46,854 nt of DNA from a bacterium (GTDB taxonomy: Bacteria > Patescibacteriota > Minisyncoccia > UBA6257 > Colwellbacteraceae): NCBI GenBank assembly GCA_029548485.1, contig JAKPNH010000011.1:1-46854 (forward strand), written 5' to 3'. Both the position numbers and the translations under genes were made by a program. The first letter of the stretch is position 1. Every line of letters begins with the position of its first letter. Shown piece after piece: positions 8,690 to 17,956 of the stretch. The notes beneath the pieces were generated by a model, which did not search any database, had not been told where the DNA came from, and worked only from the letters and a program-made list of their open reading frames with translations.

Positions 8690-9429
8690 GATGCGGCTTG
8701 AAGCTGAAGTTTTTTATTGGTGTTGAACTGTTCGATGAAATAAAGCCGGCGGACGAGCGCCCGGATCCTTTCGTCGTTTTTGATTTTGTCTTTGTATAAT
8801 TTCATGATTTCGGATTTGATGAAGGCGCGGTAGTCGGCCAAAGATTCGAGCTCTTCCGGAACACCGATGTTCTTCTCGGCGATCCGCAAAGCCAATCCCG
8901 GGCGGCCGAAAGAGCTTGCGGCCGCGGCCTTGGCAGCGGCAACGGAAATCCCTTTTTCTTTTTCGAGCCAAACGGCGATTTTATCGCTTTCGACGCGGCT
9001 GAAATAAATCTTCCTGAAGCGCGAAACAAGCGTCGGAAGAAGCGTGTCCGGATTCCTCACGATCATCATAATAAGCGACTTTTCCGGAGGTTCTTCCGCG
9101 ATTTTCAAAAGGGCGTTTTCAGCTTGACTGGTCAGCGATTCCGCTTCGTCTATTATAACCGATCTGACTCCGGCGTTCACCGGCTTTTCCGAAAGGAATC
9201 TTTTGATCCTTCTTGCGGCGTCGATGCCGATCGAATCTTTTTCGTCCGGCCTCACGACCAGAAGCTCGGTCAGGGTCCGGGAATCCGGCTCGAGGCGCTT
9301 GGCAATCGATTCGGCGAAAGAGAATTTTCCCGTTTCCGATTCCCCGAAAAAGATATAGCTTCCCGAAAGCTCTCCCGCTTTCATGAGCTTGTCGAAAAAC
9401 TTTTGCTGGCGTTCGTGGCCGATGATCAT
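8677..9429 (-). CDS. holB: DNA polymerase III subunit delta' (short form)
   Basis: 'IIGHE', degenerate P-loop GESETGK, 'IIDEAESLTSQAENALLKIAEEPP' and 'LLPTLVSR' motifs. Confidence 0.88.
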   Translation of the reverse strand: MIIGHERQQKFFDKLMKAGELSGSYIFFGESETGKFSFAESIAKRLEPDSRTLTELLVVRPDEKDSIGIDAARRIKRFLSEKPVNAGVRSVIIDEAESLTSQAENALLKIAEEPPEKSLIMMIVRNPDTLLPTLVSRFRKIYFSRVESDKIAVWLEKEKGISVAAAKAAAASSFGRPGLALRIAEKNIGVPEELESLADYRAFIKSEIMKLYKDKIKNDERIRALVRRLYFIEQFNTNKKLQLQAASWTR

Positions 9430-10443
9430 CTAGGCGCTCTTGTTCAGTAAAGTTTTCTTGTAGGTTTCGAGATGGTTCAAGATCATTCCCGATCCCTTGG
9501 CGACGCACAAGATGGCATCCTCGGCGATATAGGCTTCGACGCCCAATATCCGCGTCAAAAACTGGTCGATGTTCCGCAGATCGGCGCCGCCTCCGGAAAT
9601 GATGATGCCTTTTTCCATAATGTCCGCCACCAGTTCCGGCGGCGTCTCGTTGAAAACGTTCTGCACCGAACTGGCGATTTCGAGCAAGAGCGGGTTCAGG
9701 GCTTCGGCGATTTCGTTCGAGTTGACGACCACGTCTTTTGGAAGCCCGGAAACCAGGTCTCGGCCCCGGATCTCGAATTCCAAACGGGTGTTTTTGATGG
9801 GAATAGCCGATCCGGCCGCGATTTTGGCCGCCTCGGCCGTCTGCTCTCCGATGGCCAAAGAATATTTCTTCTTGATGAAATCAATGATGGCCTGGTCGAA
9901 TTTGTTTCCGGCGATGCGCAGGCTAGACCAACAGACGATGCTTCCCAAAGAGATGACGGCCACTTCACTCGTTCCTCCGCCGATATTGACGGTCATGTTG
10001 CCCGAAGAAGAATTGATGGGGATTCCGGCTCCGAGAGCGGCCAGAAGCGGCTCTCTCACGACGTAGGCGTTTTTGGCTCCGGCTTCGATGGCCGCGTTGA
10101 TCACCGCTCGGCGTTCGGTCGGCGTGATCCCGGCCGGAACCGAAATGACGACATCCGGCTTCACCAAATTGAAAGATCCGACCGCCTGGTTGATGAAATA
10201 TTTCAACATCGCCCGAGTGATGTAGTAATCGGCGATGACGCCGTCTTTGAGGGGCCTGTAGGCGGCGATGTCGCCCGGAGTGCGGCCGATCATTTCTTTG
10301 GCTTCCTTGCCCACGGCCAGGACTTTATTTTCCGGCAGGCTCAAAGCGACGATCGTCGGCTCGTTGATGGCAAAACCTTTTCCCGGAACAAAAACCACGG
10401 TGTTCGTGGTTCCCAAATCTATTCCTATCTGCCTGGTTAGCAT
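9430..10443 (-). CDS. mreB: Second MreB/Mbl paralog
   Basis: [29 protein letters not shown] and NIGGGTSE motifs. Confidence 0.9.
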   Translation of the reverse strand: MLTRQIGIDLGTTNTVVFVPGKGFAINEPTIVALSLPENKVLAVGKEAKEMIGRTPGDIAAYRPLKDGVIADYYITRAMLKYFINQAVGSFNLVKPDVVISVPAGITPTERRAVINAAIEAGAKNAYVVREPLLAALGAGIPINSSSGNMTVNIGGGTSEVAVISLGSIVCWSSLRIAGNKFDQAIIDFIKKKYSLAIGEQTAEAAKIAAGSAIPIKNTRLEFEIRGRDLVSGLPKDVVVNSNEIAEALNPLLLEIASSVQNVFNETPPELVADIMEKGIIISGGGADLRNIDQFLTRILGVEAYIAEDAILCVAKGSGMILNHLETYKKTLLNKSA

Positions 10444-10518
10444 AGAACCATATTAGCTTAAGAAAAATTGGCTGTCTATCGGATCGTCAGAAAAAACGCT
10501 ATCGGTCAAATTTCTATT

Positions 10519-11277
10519 TCAAGTCAGTATCTTCGGACCGGATTTCAAGACAGCGATGGTATGCTCGAAATGGGCCGCCAAACCTCCGCGTCTCAACCGG
10601 TAGCTGCCGTCCGGAGCGGCCATTATTTCCGGATGGCCGATGCAAAACATCGGTTCCAACGCCAAAACCATGCCTTCTTTGAGGATAAGGCCGCTTCCGG
10701 GATCGCCGAAATTATCGATCATCGGATCTTCGTGGGGCGCGAACCCCACTCCGTGCCCGCCCAATCCTTCGACGACGTCGAATCCGTAGCGCAAAGCAGT
10801 TTTCTCGATGACCGAACCGATGTCTCCGAGGGTCCGGCCGGGTTTGGCCATCTTGATTCCCCGCATCAAGGCTTCTTCGGTCGCTTTGACGAGTAGTTTT
10901 ACTTTAGGAGTAGTTTTACCCGCGATGACGGTAACGGCCGAATCCGTGAAATAACCGTTCAAATCGATACCGAGATCGAGCTTCACCAAATCACCGGATC
11001 GGATGACGTAATCGCCCGGAACTCCGTGGACCACGGTGTCGTTTACGGAAACGCAGACGCTTACCGGAAAAGCTTTGATCGCTCCCTCGGGCCGGTAATT
11101 CAAAAAAGAAGGCTTGGCTTTGGCCGAAACGATCAGTTCCCGGGAAAGATCGTCGATCTCCTTTGTTTTCACTCCCGGCTTTACCGAAGATTCGAGACGC
11201 GCCAAAACCGCCCTTAAAATCCTTCCAGATTTGGCGAGCCCTTCGATGTCTTCTTTGTTTTTGAGCCTGATTTTCAA
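10519..11277 (-). CDS. map: Methionine aminopeptidase type I
   Basis: 'CVSVNDTVVHGVP', DLG..GYFTDSA, GHGVG..HEDP, EPM and 'AHFEHT' motifs. Confidence 0.95.
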   Translation of the reverse strand: MKIRLKNKEDIEGLAKSGRILRAVLARLESSVKPGVKTKEIDDLSRELIVSAKAKPSFLNYRPEGAIKAFPVSVCVSVNDTVVHGVPGDYVIRSGDLVKLDLGIDLNGYFTDSAVTVIAGKTTPKVKLLVKATEEALMRGIKMAKPGRTLGDIGSVIEKTALRYGFDVVEGLGGHGVGFAPHEDPMIDNFGDPGSGLILKEGMVLALEPMFCIGHPEIMAAPDGSYRLRRGGLAAHFEHTIAVLKSGPKILT

Positions 11278-11284
11278 AACCTTG

Positions 11285-11929
11285 CTATCGGCGGCCGGCT
11301 GAAACTTTTACCCCGAATTTAGAAAGCGCCGCGGCGATGTCCTTGAAAACCCTTTCCCGTCTCGGTTTGCCGTCGATTTGAACGACTTTTATGCCGGCTT
11401 TTTTGAAGCCTTGGATGACCGGATAGCTCAATTTCTTGTAATTCCCGTATCTCACGCGGATGATCCTGGCTTCGTCGAGCCCGGGCCGGCCGCGCTTGGT
11501 GTTCCTTTTGACCGATTCGGAAACCGGAATGTTGATCTGGAAAACGATGATGTTTTCTTTTCCGTAAAGCTTTTCGACGACTTTCAAGAGGCCGGTCCGC
11601 TTCTTGTTCCCGAAAGTTTCGAGCATGGTGCGGAAAGATCCGCTGTAGATGATTCCTTTCCCTTGCTTGGCCAATTTTTTGGTAGCGGGAATGGTCAGGC
11701 GGTCGATCACCCAAAGAGGATCGACGAGTCCGCCGGAGAAAAAGGCTTTTCTCGCGGCTTCGATGCCGGGGAAATTATCGTATTTTTTCGACCGCACCAT
11801 TTTTTCTATTTCGGTCCCGCCGTCGAACAAGGCGAATCCTTTGGTCGCTTTTTTGATGAAAGCCGCTTGAGTCCCTTTTCCCGAGCCCGGAGGCCCGAAC
11901 AAAACAATGACTTTGGGCTGTTTTTTCAT
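11285..11929 (-). CDS. adk: Adenylate/NMP kinase, divergent short-LID type
   Basis: P-loop GPPGSGKGTQA and position between secY and map. Confidence 0.8.
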   Translation of the reverse strand: MKKQPKVIVLFGPPGSGKGTQAAFIKKATKGFALFDGGTEIEKMVRSKKYDNFPGIEAARKAFFSGGLVDPLWVIDRLTIPATKKLAKQGKGIIYSGSFRTMLETFGNKKRTGLLKVVEKLYGKENIIVFQINIPVSESVKRNTKRGRPGLDEARIIRVRYGNYKKLSYPVIQGFKKAGIKVVQIDGKPRRERVFKDIAAALSKFGVKVSAGRR

Positions 11930-11930
11930 G

Positions 11931-13262
11931 TTAAGCGATTTCGTATTCCCTGATCTTCAGCTCCGAATCTATTTGTTTGGCGGTCTCGAGCGCCACGGAA
12001 ACGACGATCAAAAGCCCGGTGCCGCCGATCGTCATGTTGGCCACTTTGGTTATCGCCTGGACGATCGAAGGAAGAACGGCGATGACGCCCAAAAAGAGCG
12101 CTCCGAAAAGAGTCAGTTTGGCGATGATCGAGTTCAGGTATTCGGCGGTGGAAGCGCCCGGTCTGATGCCCTGGATAAACCCTCCGTTCCTCTGGAGGTT
12201 CTTGGCTATTTCATTCGGCTCGAAAACGATGAAAGTGTAAAAATAAGTGAAAGCGAAAACCATGACGAAATAAAGAAGACCGTTCCAAAGTGGATTGGCA
12301 AGAGTGGCCTCGATGAAATCGGCCGTTTTGATCGCCCAACCTATGTCCAGGGAACGGAGCCCGAGACCGAGATATTGCGGCAGCATCAGTATGGAGATGG
12401 CGAAGATGATCGGAATGACTCCGGCCTGGTTTACCCTCAAAGGAAGATAGGTGGTCGATCCCCCGAAAACCCGGTTGCCTCGCACCCTTTTGGCGTAGGC
12501 CACCGGTATTTTCCGTTCGCCTTCGTTCACCAAAACGACTCCGGCGACGACCACGAGAGCCAAAGCCAAAAGAATCAAAACCTTATCGATGCCGATGCCG
12601 AGAAGGGTGCCCGTCGATTGGTATTGCCCGACCATCACGAGAATTTGCGTGATGATGGATCGCGGCAAGCCGCTCACGATTCCGGCGACGATGATCAGGG
12701 AGATCCCGTCTCCCAATTTCTGTTCGCTGATCATCTCTCCGATCCAGATCATGATGAGCGATCCGGCGACGATAAAAAGCAGATTGAGCGCCATGGCCGG
12801 CAATTCCATGGCGGTGATGATGCCTCCTTGGGCCGCGAGATATTTGAGGAAAGCGAATCCTTGGACCAAGGCGAGCGGGACCGTCAAGTAGCGGCCGAGC
12901 CGTTGGAATTTGGCCCGTCCGACGGCTCCGTTTTCGTAATAATATTCCTTGAGCTTCGGAAAAATCATGGTGAGAAGCTGGAGAATGATGGTGGCGGTGA
13001 TATAGGGGCTTACCCCGAGCATGCCGATCGAGAGCTTATCCAAAGCGCCTCCGGAAATGAGGTTAAGGTAGCCGAAGATGTTGCCCAAAAGAGCGCGGTT
13101 AACCGCTCCTTCCTCGGCCAAGCCGGCTTTGTATTGGGCGATGTCCACCGCCGGAATGGGCAATAAAACGATGATCCTTGTCGCCACGAGCAGCAAGATC
13201 ACCATAAGGAACCGGCGACGCAGCTCCGGCACTTTCAGGAACTGGACGAATTTATTTAGCAT
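11931..13262 (-). CDS. secY: Preprotein translocase subunit SecY
   Basis: LGVSPYITATII, LPLRVNQAGVIPIIFA, GGFIQGIRPG and GGTGLLIVVSV motifs. Confidence 0.97.
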   Translation of the reverse strand: MLNKFVQFLKVPELRRRFLMVILLLVATRIIVLLPIPAVDIAQYKAGLAEEGAVNRALLGNIFGYLNLISGGALDKLSIGMLGVSPYITATIILQLLTMIFPKLKEYYYENGAVGRAKFQRLGRYLTVPLALVQGFAFLKYLAAQGGIITAMELPAMALNLLFIVAGSLIMIWIGEMISEQKLGDGISLIIVAGIVSGLPRSIITQILVMVGQYQSTGTLLGIGIDKVLILLALALVVVAGVVLVNEGERKIPVAYAKRVRGNRVFGGSTTYLPLRVNQAGVIPIIFAISILMLPQYLGLGLRSLDIGWAIKTADFIEATLANPLWNGLLYFVMVFAFTYFYTFIVFEPNEIAKNLQRNGGFIQGIRPGASTAEYLNSIIAKLTLFGALFLGVIAVLPSIVQAITKVANMTIGGTGLLIVVSVALETAKQIDSELKIREYEIA

Positions 13263-13446
13263 CGTGTTTGCCGCGGAGTTTTGGCAACCTTTGGATAAAG
13301 TCGCGTTCGGCCGGACGGATCTTGTGGCCGGCCCTCGATTTCTGACCCTTCTGTCCGCGGCCTCCGGTTTTACCCCGTTTTCCTCCGCGGCCGATCCTTT
13401 TCTTATCCGGATTCTGATGGGTTGTTTTCAAAAGATGTAATTGCAT
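13252..13446 (-). CDS. rplO: 50S protein uL15, truncated (N-terminal 64 aa only)
   Basis: KRIGRGGKRGKTGGRGQKGQKSRAG...RLPKLRG motifs. The stop lies within the secY start region. Confidence 0.88.
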   Translation of the reverse strand: MQLHLLKTTHQNPDKKRIGRGGKRGKTGGRGQKGQKSRAGHKIRPAERDFIQRLPKLRGKHDAK

Positions 13447-13449
13447 GGA

Positions 13450-13920
13450 TTAAGAAACGGCTTTGGTCGTTTTTATTTTTTTCAAAGCGGCGATGGTCGC
13501 CATGGCGGTCGTCAACTTGTTCTTGGTGCTGCCCAGAGACTTCGCGGAGATGTCTTTCACGCCCGCGAGGAGCAAAACCGTGCGGACCGCGCCTCCGGCC
13601 AGAAGTCCGTGTCCGGGTTTGGCCGGCTTCAGAAGCACTTCGGCGGCGCTCGCCTTCGCTTTCACTTCGTGCGGAATGGTGCCGCCTTGTATTCTGACGC
13701 GGAAAAGGTTCTTTTTGGCCGCGGCTCTCGCTTTTTGGACGGCCTGCTGGACGTCCAATCCTTTGGCCACGCCGAGCCCGACAGAGCCTTTGCCGTCGCC
13801 GACGACGACCGTCGCCCTGAATCTGAATCTTTTGCCTCCGGCGACCACCCTCGTTACGCGGCGCAGATCGAGCACCTGATCCTCGTAATCGTCCCTGATT
13901 GTTTTTCTGTAACCGTTCAT
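13450..13920 (-). CDS. rpsE: 30S protein uS5
   Basis: RVTRVVAGGKRFRFRATVVVGD motif. Confidence 0.97.
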   Translation of the reverse strand: MNGYRKTIRDDYEDQVLDLRRVTRVVAGGKRFRFRATVVVGDGKGSVGLGVAKGLDVQQAVQKARAAAKKNLFRVRIQGGTIPHEVKAKASAAEVLLKPAKPGHGLLAGGAVRTVLLLAGVKDISAKSLGSTKNKLTTAMATIAALKKIKTTKAVS

Positions 13921-13923
13921 TGT

Positions 13924-14277
13924 TTAAATCTCCAAGCCGCCTTTTCTCGCGCCTTCGGCGACGTTTTTCACTCGACCGTGATATTTGTAAGCTCCCCTGT
14001 CGAAAACCATTTTGGAAACTCCTATTTTTTTGGCTTTCTCGGCTATCAATTCCCCGAGCTTCATGGCTTTTTCCGATTTGGTTCCTTTAAGATCCAATTC
14101 TTTGGTCGAAGCCGAAACCAAGGTGACGCCTTTGACGTCGTCGATCGCTTGCAGAAAGATGTTCCGGTTTCCCCTTTTGACCGACAAACGCGGCATCGCG
14201 GCCGTTCCCCTGATCTTGCTCCGGGTCCGCGCCTGCCTCCTTGCCACTCTTTGGTTTTGAAGTTTGGTTGGTTTCAT
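13924..14277 (-). CDS. rplR: 50S protein uL18
   Basis: PRLSV and FDRGAYKYHGRVK motifs. Confidence 0.96.
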   Translation of the reverse strand: MKPTKLQNQRVARRQARTRSKIRGTAAMPRLSVKRGNRNIFLQAIDDVKGVTLVSASTKELDLKGTKSEKAMKLGELIAEKAKKIGVSKMVFDRGAYKYHGRVKNVAEGARKGGLEI

Positions 14278-14285
14278 TTGGATAA

Positions 14286-14840
14286 TTAAGCCGCTTTGGC
14301 GGTCGTTCCGGCGACTTTCTTGCCGGCTTTCCTTCTCACGACTTCGTCGACGTACATCACGCCCTTGCCGAGATATGGTTCGGGTTTCTTGAACGAGCGG
14401 ATCTTGGCCGCGGTTTCTCCGACCAGGAATTTGTCGGCTCCGGCAACGGTGATGATGTTTTTGTCGACGGACGCCTTGATTCCTCTCGGCACTGCCAAAA
14501 CGATCGGGTGGGAAAAGCCGAGGTTCAAGACCAAGTTTTCCCCGTCAATCGCCGCCTTGAATCCGATGCCTTCGATTTTCAGGCTCTTGGAAAAATCCTT
14601 GGCCGCTCCGGAGACGGCGTTCGCGGTCAAAGCCCGCATCGTGCCCCAGTTGGCCCGGGTCTTGTCGGAATCGTCGGTCGTCGTAAAAACGATCTCGCCT
14701 TCTTTGATTTCGGCCGCGATGCCCGGAAGCATTTTCACCTCGAGGTCGGCGTTCGGTCCGGAGACCTTCAAAACGCCGTCCTCCAAAGAGGCTTTCACGC
14801 CTTCGATCATCTTCACCGGTTGTTTTCCGATTTTCGACAT
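14286..14840 (-). CDS. rplF: 50S protein uL6 (start reassigned to ATG 14840, MSKIGKQP)
   Basis: LGFSHP and KKPEPYLGKG motifs. Confidence 0.96.
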   Translation of the reverse strand: MSKIGKQPVKMIEGVKASLEDGVLKVSGPNADLEVKMLPGIAAEIKEGEIVFTTTDDSDKTRANWGTMRALTANAVSGAAKDFSKSLKIEGIGFKAAIDGENLVLNLGFSHPIVLAVPRGIKASVDKNIITVAGADKFLVGETAAKIRSFKKPEPYLGKGVMYVDEVVRRKAGKKVAGTTAKAA

Positions 14841-14845
14841 GTTGA

Positions 14846-15226
14846 TTACCAAATTTCGAATAAAATCTCTCCGCCGACTTTTTGCTTCCTCGCCTCAGCG
14901 TCGCTCAAAATCCCTTTCGGAGTCGAGAAAAAATAATTGCCGTATCCCTGGTGGGAAGGCCTGATTTCCTTGTATCCACGGTAAAGCCTTCTCGAAGGCT
15001 TGCTCCAAAGTTTGATCTCGGAAAAAACCGGATTGGCTTTGTCCTCTTTGAGTTCGATGGCGATCACTTTTTTCAAGCTCCTTCCTTTTTTCTCGACGGA
15101 AGCGAGATAGCCGGCTTTGACCAGGGCTTCGAGGACGGCCATGTCCATTTTCGAAAAAGGAACCTTCAAAGATTTCTTTCCGGCGAGCTTCGCGTTTTTG
15201 ATTTTTACGAGAGTCTGTATGTACAT
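14846..15226 (-). CDS. rpsH: 30S protein uS8
   Basis: SKPSRRLY, STPKGI and VGGEIL motifs. Confidence 0.96.
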   Translation of the reverse strand: MYIQTLVKIKNAKLAGKKSLKVPFSKMDMAVLEALVKAGYLASVEKKGRSLKKVIAIELKEDKANPVFSEIKLWSKPSRRLYRGYKEIRPSHQGYGNYFFSTPKGILSDAEARKQKVGGEILFEIW

Positions 15227-15227
15227 T

Positions 15228-15413
15228 TTACCAAGACGCTTTTCTCACTCCCGGAATCTGGCCTTTGGAAGCCATTTCGCGGAAACAGATCCGGCAAAGC
15301 CCGAAATCGCGCAGATATCCGTGCTTGCGTCCGCAGCGAAAACACCGCCTGACTTCGCGGGTGCTGAATTTGGGCTTTTTGCGCGCTCTCGCTATGACTG
15401 ATTCCTTGGCCAT
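15228..15413 (-). CDS. rpsN: 30S protein uS14 type Z (Zn-binding)
   Basis: 61 aa, with CFRC and CRIC motifs. Confidence 0.96.
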   Translation of the reverse strand: MAKESVIARARKKPKFSTREVRRCFRCGRKHGYLRDFGLCRICFREMASKGQIPGVRKASW

Positions 15414-15422
15414 TTTCTTGTT

Positions 15423-15902
15423 TTACTTTGCTAATGGTATCCCTTGTGACCTATAAAAATCAATAGCTTTTTCCTTGTTTTTCAGGCGGCTGACGAGCGT
15501 CACTTCGATACCGAAATTGACGCGGCTCGTTTCCGGATTGATTTCCGGAAAAACCAGCTGGTCCCTGAACCCAAAAGACAGATTGCCGTTCTTGTCGATG
15601 CTCTTCGGGCTCAACCCTCTGAAGTCTCTCACCCGCGGCAGAACGACGTTCACCACCCTCGCGAGGAAATCGTCCATCCTTTTTCCCCTCAAGACGGCTT
15701 TCAATCCGACGACTTCGCCTTGGCGGACCTTGAACCCGGCGATGGATTTTTTCGCTTTGGTGATCGCCGGCTTCTGGCCGGTGATGGCGGCGAATTCCTT
15801 CATGATCTCCGGAAGGATTTTCTCCTCGAACTGCGGGCTCGCGAGCCTCAATTTGCCGACGCCGGCGGAAACGATGATTTTTTCTAAATAGTCGCTTTGC
15901 AT
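15423..15902 (-). CDS. rplE: 50S protein uL5, N-terminally shortened (159 aa)
   Basis: ITGQKP, AKKSIAGFKVRQG and LPRVRDFRG motifs. Confidence 0.94.
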   Translation of the reverse strand: MQSDYLEKIIVSAGVGKLRLASPQFEEKILPEIMKEFAAITGQKPAITKAKKSIAGFKVRQGEVVGLKAVLRGKRMDDFLARVVNVVLPRVRDFRGLSPKSIDKNGNLSFGFRDQLVFPEINPETSRVNFGIEVTLVSRLKNKEKAIDFYRSQGIPLAK

Positions 15903-16189
15903 TTTTTACAATATCTTGCTTTTTTCTCTTTCTCGATCCGGTATCCGACCCGACTGCGCTTTCCGCATTTCGGGCAGACCAAACTGACGTTCGAAACGGC
16001 GATCGGCCGGGAAATCGTGATGATCTGGCCTTTTTCGCCTTCTTTTTTCGGCTTGACCGCTTTTTTGTATTGGTTCACGCCGGAAACGACGATTCTCCCG
16101 AGCTTGGAATCGACTTTAAGGATTTTGCCGGATTTGCCGGCGTCTTTCCCTTTCAGTATGTAAACGTTGTCGTTCTTCTTGATGTTCAT
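15884..16189 (-). CDS. rplX: 50S protein uL24 (Zn-ribbon type)
   Basis: KOW motif 'ILKGKDAGKSG' and CPKC...CKKC. Confidence 0.95.
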   Translation of the reverse strand: MNIKKNDNVYILKGKDAGKSGKILKVDSKLGRIVVSGVNQYKKAVKPKKEGEKGQIITISRPIAVSNVSLVCPKCGKRSRVGYRIEKEKKARYCKKCKATI

Positions 16190-16193
16190 GTTC

Positions 16194-16562
16194 TTAAACT
16201 ATTTCCTGGGCCAGGGAAACGATTTTCTCGAATCCTTTTTCCTTGAGCTCCCTCGGGATCGGCCCGAAGATCCTCGTCCCCAAAGGCTCTTTTTTGACGC
16301 TCACGATCACCGCCGAATTGTCGTCGAAGCGGACGTAGAGTCCGCCCTTCCTTCTGATGGCGTTTCTGGTGCGGACGACGACGGCTTTGACGATGTCCTT
16401 TTTCTTGATGTTCTTGCGGGGTTCGACGGTCTGCACCGAAGCGACGATGATGTCGCCGATTTTGGCGTAACGCTTGCGGCTCCCGCCCAGGACCCGAAAA
16501 CACCGGATGGTCTTCGCCCCGGAATTGTCCGCTATTTTCAATATGGATCTTTCCTGAATCAT
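16194..16562 (-). CDS. rplN: 50S protein uL14
   Basis: ADNSGAK and [12 protein letters not shown] motifs. Confidence 0.97.
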   Translation of the reverse strand: MIQERSILKIADNSGAKTIRCFRVLGGSRKRYAKIGDIIVASVQTVEPRKNIKKKDIVKAVVVRTRNAIRRKGGLYVRFDDNSAVIVSVKKEPLGTRIFGPIPRELKEKGFEKIVSLAQEIV

Positions 16563-16563
16563 G

Positions 16564-16827
16564 TTAGGCTGTTTTGGAAACGACTTTCCAGCGTTTTTCC
16601 TTGGAAAGGGGTATTGTCTCTTCGATCACGACCTTGTCTCCGATCTTGTAAAGCCCGTCTTCGGCTTCGGCTTTGAAGCGGCTGTTCTTGGTGTAATACT
16701 TCTCGTATTTCGGATTTTTGCGGGTATGGGAAACCTCGACCACCACGGTCTTTTGCATTTTGTCCGAGACGACGACTCCCCCGAATCTGCGGCGGGAACT
16801 TATTTTTTGGATGTTGTTTTCTTCCAT
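16564..16827 (-). CDS. rpsQ: 30S protein uS17
   Basis: [14 protein letters not shown] and PLSKEKRW motifs. Confidence 0.96.
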   Translation of the reverse strand: MEENNIQKISSRRRFGGVVVSDKMQKTVVVEVSHTRKNPKYEKYYTKNSRFKAEAEDGLYKIGDKVVIEETIPLSKEKRWKVVSKTA

Positions 16828-16837
16828 GTTTTTAAAA

Positions 16838-17251
16838 TTAGGATTTTTTGATGATTCTCGTTTTAAAAGGAAGCTTGAATCCGGCGAGCCTCAAGGCACG
16901 TTCGGCCGTGGCTTCGCTCACTCCGTCCATTTCGAAAATCACTCTGCCCGGCTTCACCGAAAACACATAATGGTCGACGTTGCCCTTGCCTCCGCCCATG
17001 GTCACTTCCGGAGGCCTCTGGGTGACGGGCTTGTCCGGGAAAACCCGGATCCATATCTTTCCTTCCCTTTTGATGAAATTGGTCAAAGTTTTCCTGGCCG
17101 CCTCGATCTGCTTCGAATTCAGATATTTGGCTTCCAGGGCTTGCAGCCCAAAACTGCCGTGGCTAAGCGTCATGCCGCGTGTTTCGGCCTGCCGCTTCCG
17201 CGACCGGCCTTTCTGCCATTTGCGATGTTTGACTTTTTTGGGAATAAGCAT
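16838..17251 (-). CDS. rplP: 50S protein uL16
   Basis: MLIPKKVKHRK, QIEAAR and RVFPDKP motifs. Confidence 0.97.
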   Translation of the reverse strand: MLIPKKVKHRKWQKGRSRKRQAETRGMTLSHGSFGLQALEAKYLNSKQIEAARKTLTNFIKREGKIWIRVFPDKPVTQRPPEVTMGGGKGNVDHYVFSVKPGRVIFEMDGVSEATAERALRLAGFKLPFKTRIIKKS

Positions 17252-17271
17252 GGAAGTTCAGATGGAGTATT

Positions 17272-17952
17272 TTAGCCGGATTTTTCGTCGTTAGTAAAGA
17301 CTTCTCCTTTGTAAATCCAGACTTTGATGCCGACCGCTCCGTAGGTGGCGAAGGCGGTGGCTTCGGCGTAATCAATGTCGGCTCTCAAGCTTGAAAGCGG
17401 CAAACTGCCCCTGGTCAGCCATTCGCGGCGGGAAATCTCCGCTCCGTCCAAACGGCCGGAAAGCTTGATTTTCACGCCTTTCACCTCTCTGTGGTTCATC
17501 ACGTCCTCGATGGCTTTCTTGATGGTCGGCCTGAAACGAAACCTTTTCTCCAGGTCGTTCGCGATATTCTGGGCGACCACTTGGGCCGAAATGTCTCCCC
17601 GTCCGAGCTCCATCACGGTCAAGCTGATTTCCGTCGGCGGAAGCTTGCTCCGTTTGTGGAGTTTGGATATTTCCCTGTTCAAAAGCTTGGTGATGTCTTC
17701 AATGCCTTTGCCGCCCCGTCCGATGATGATTCCCGGCCGGCTGGCTTTGATGATGATACGGCAGGAGCTGGCCGTCCTTTCTATCTCGACCGAAGCGATG
17801 CCGGCTTCTCTCAATTTCTTGTTGATCAGCTTCCGGATCAAGCTGTCTTCTTCGAGAACGAATTTCCGGTTTTTGGGGTCGGCAAACCAGCGAGAATCCC
17901 AGTTCTTCAGAACGCCCAGTCGGAAGGATGTCGGTTTTATTTTTTGTGACAT
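17272..17952 (-). CDS. rpsC: 30S protein uS3
   Basis: RPGIIIGRGG, SGRLDGAEISR and GIKVWIY motifs. Confidence 0.97.
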   Translation of the reverse strand: MSQKIKPTSFRLGVLKNWDSRWFADPKNRKFVLEEDSLIRKLINKKLREAGIASVEIERTASSCRIIIKASRPGIIIGRGGKGIEDITKLLNREISKLHKRSKLPPTEISLTVMELGRGDISAQVVAQNIANDLEKRFRFRPTIKKAIEDVMNHREVKGVKIKLSGRLDGAEISRREWLTRGSLPLSSLRADIDYAEATAFATYGAVGIKVWIYKGEVFTNDEKSG

Positions 17953-17956
17953 GTTT

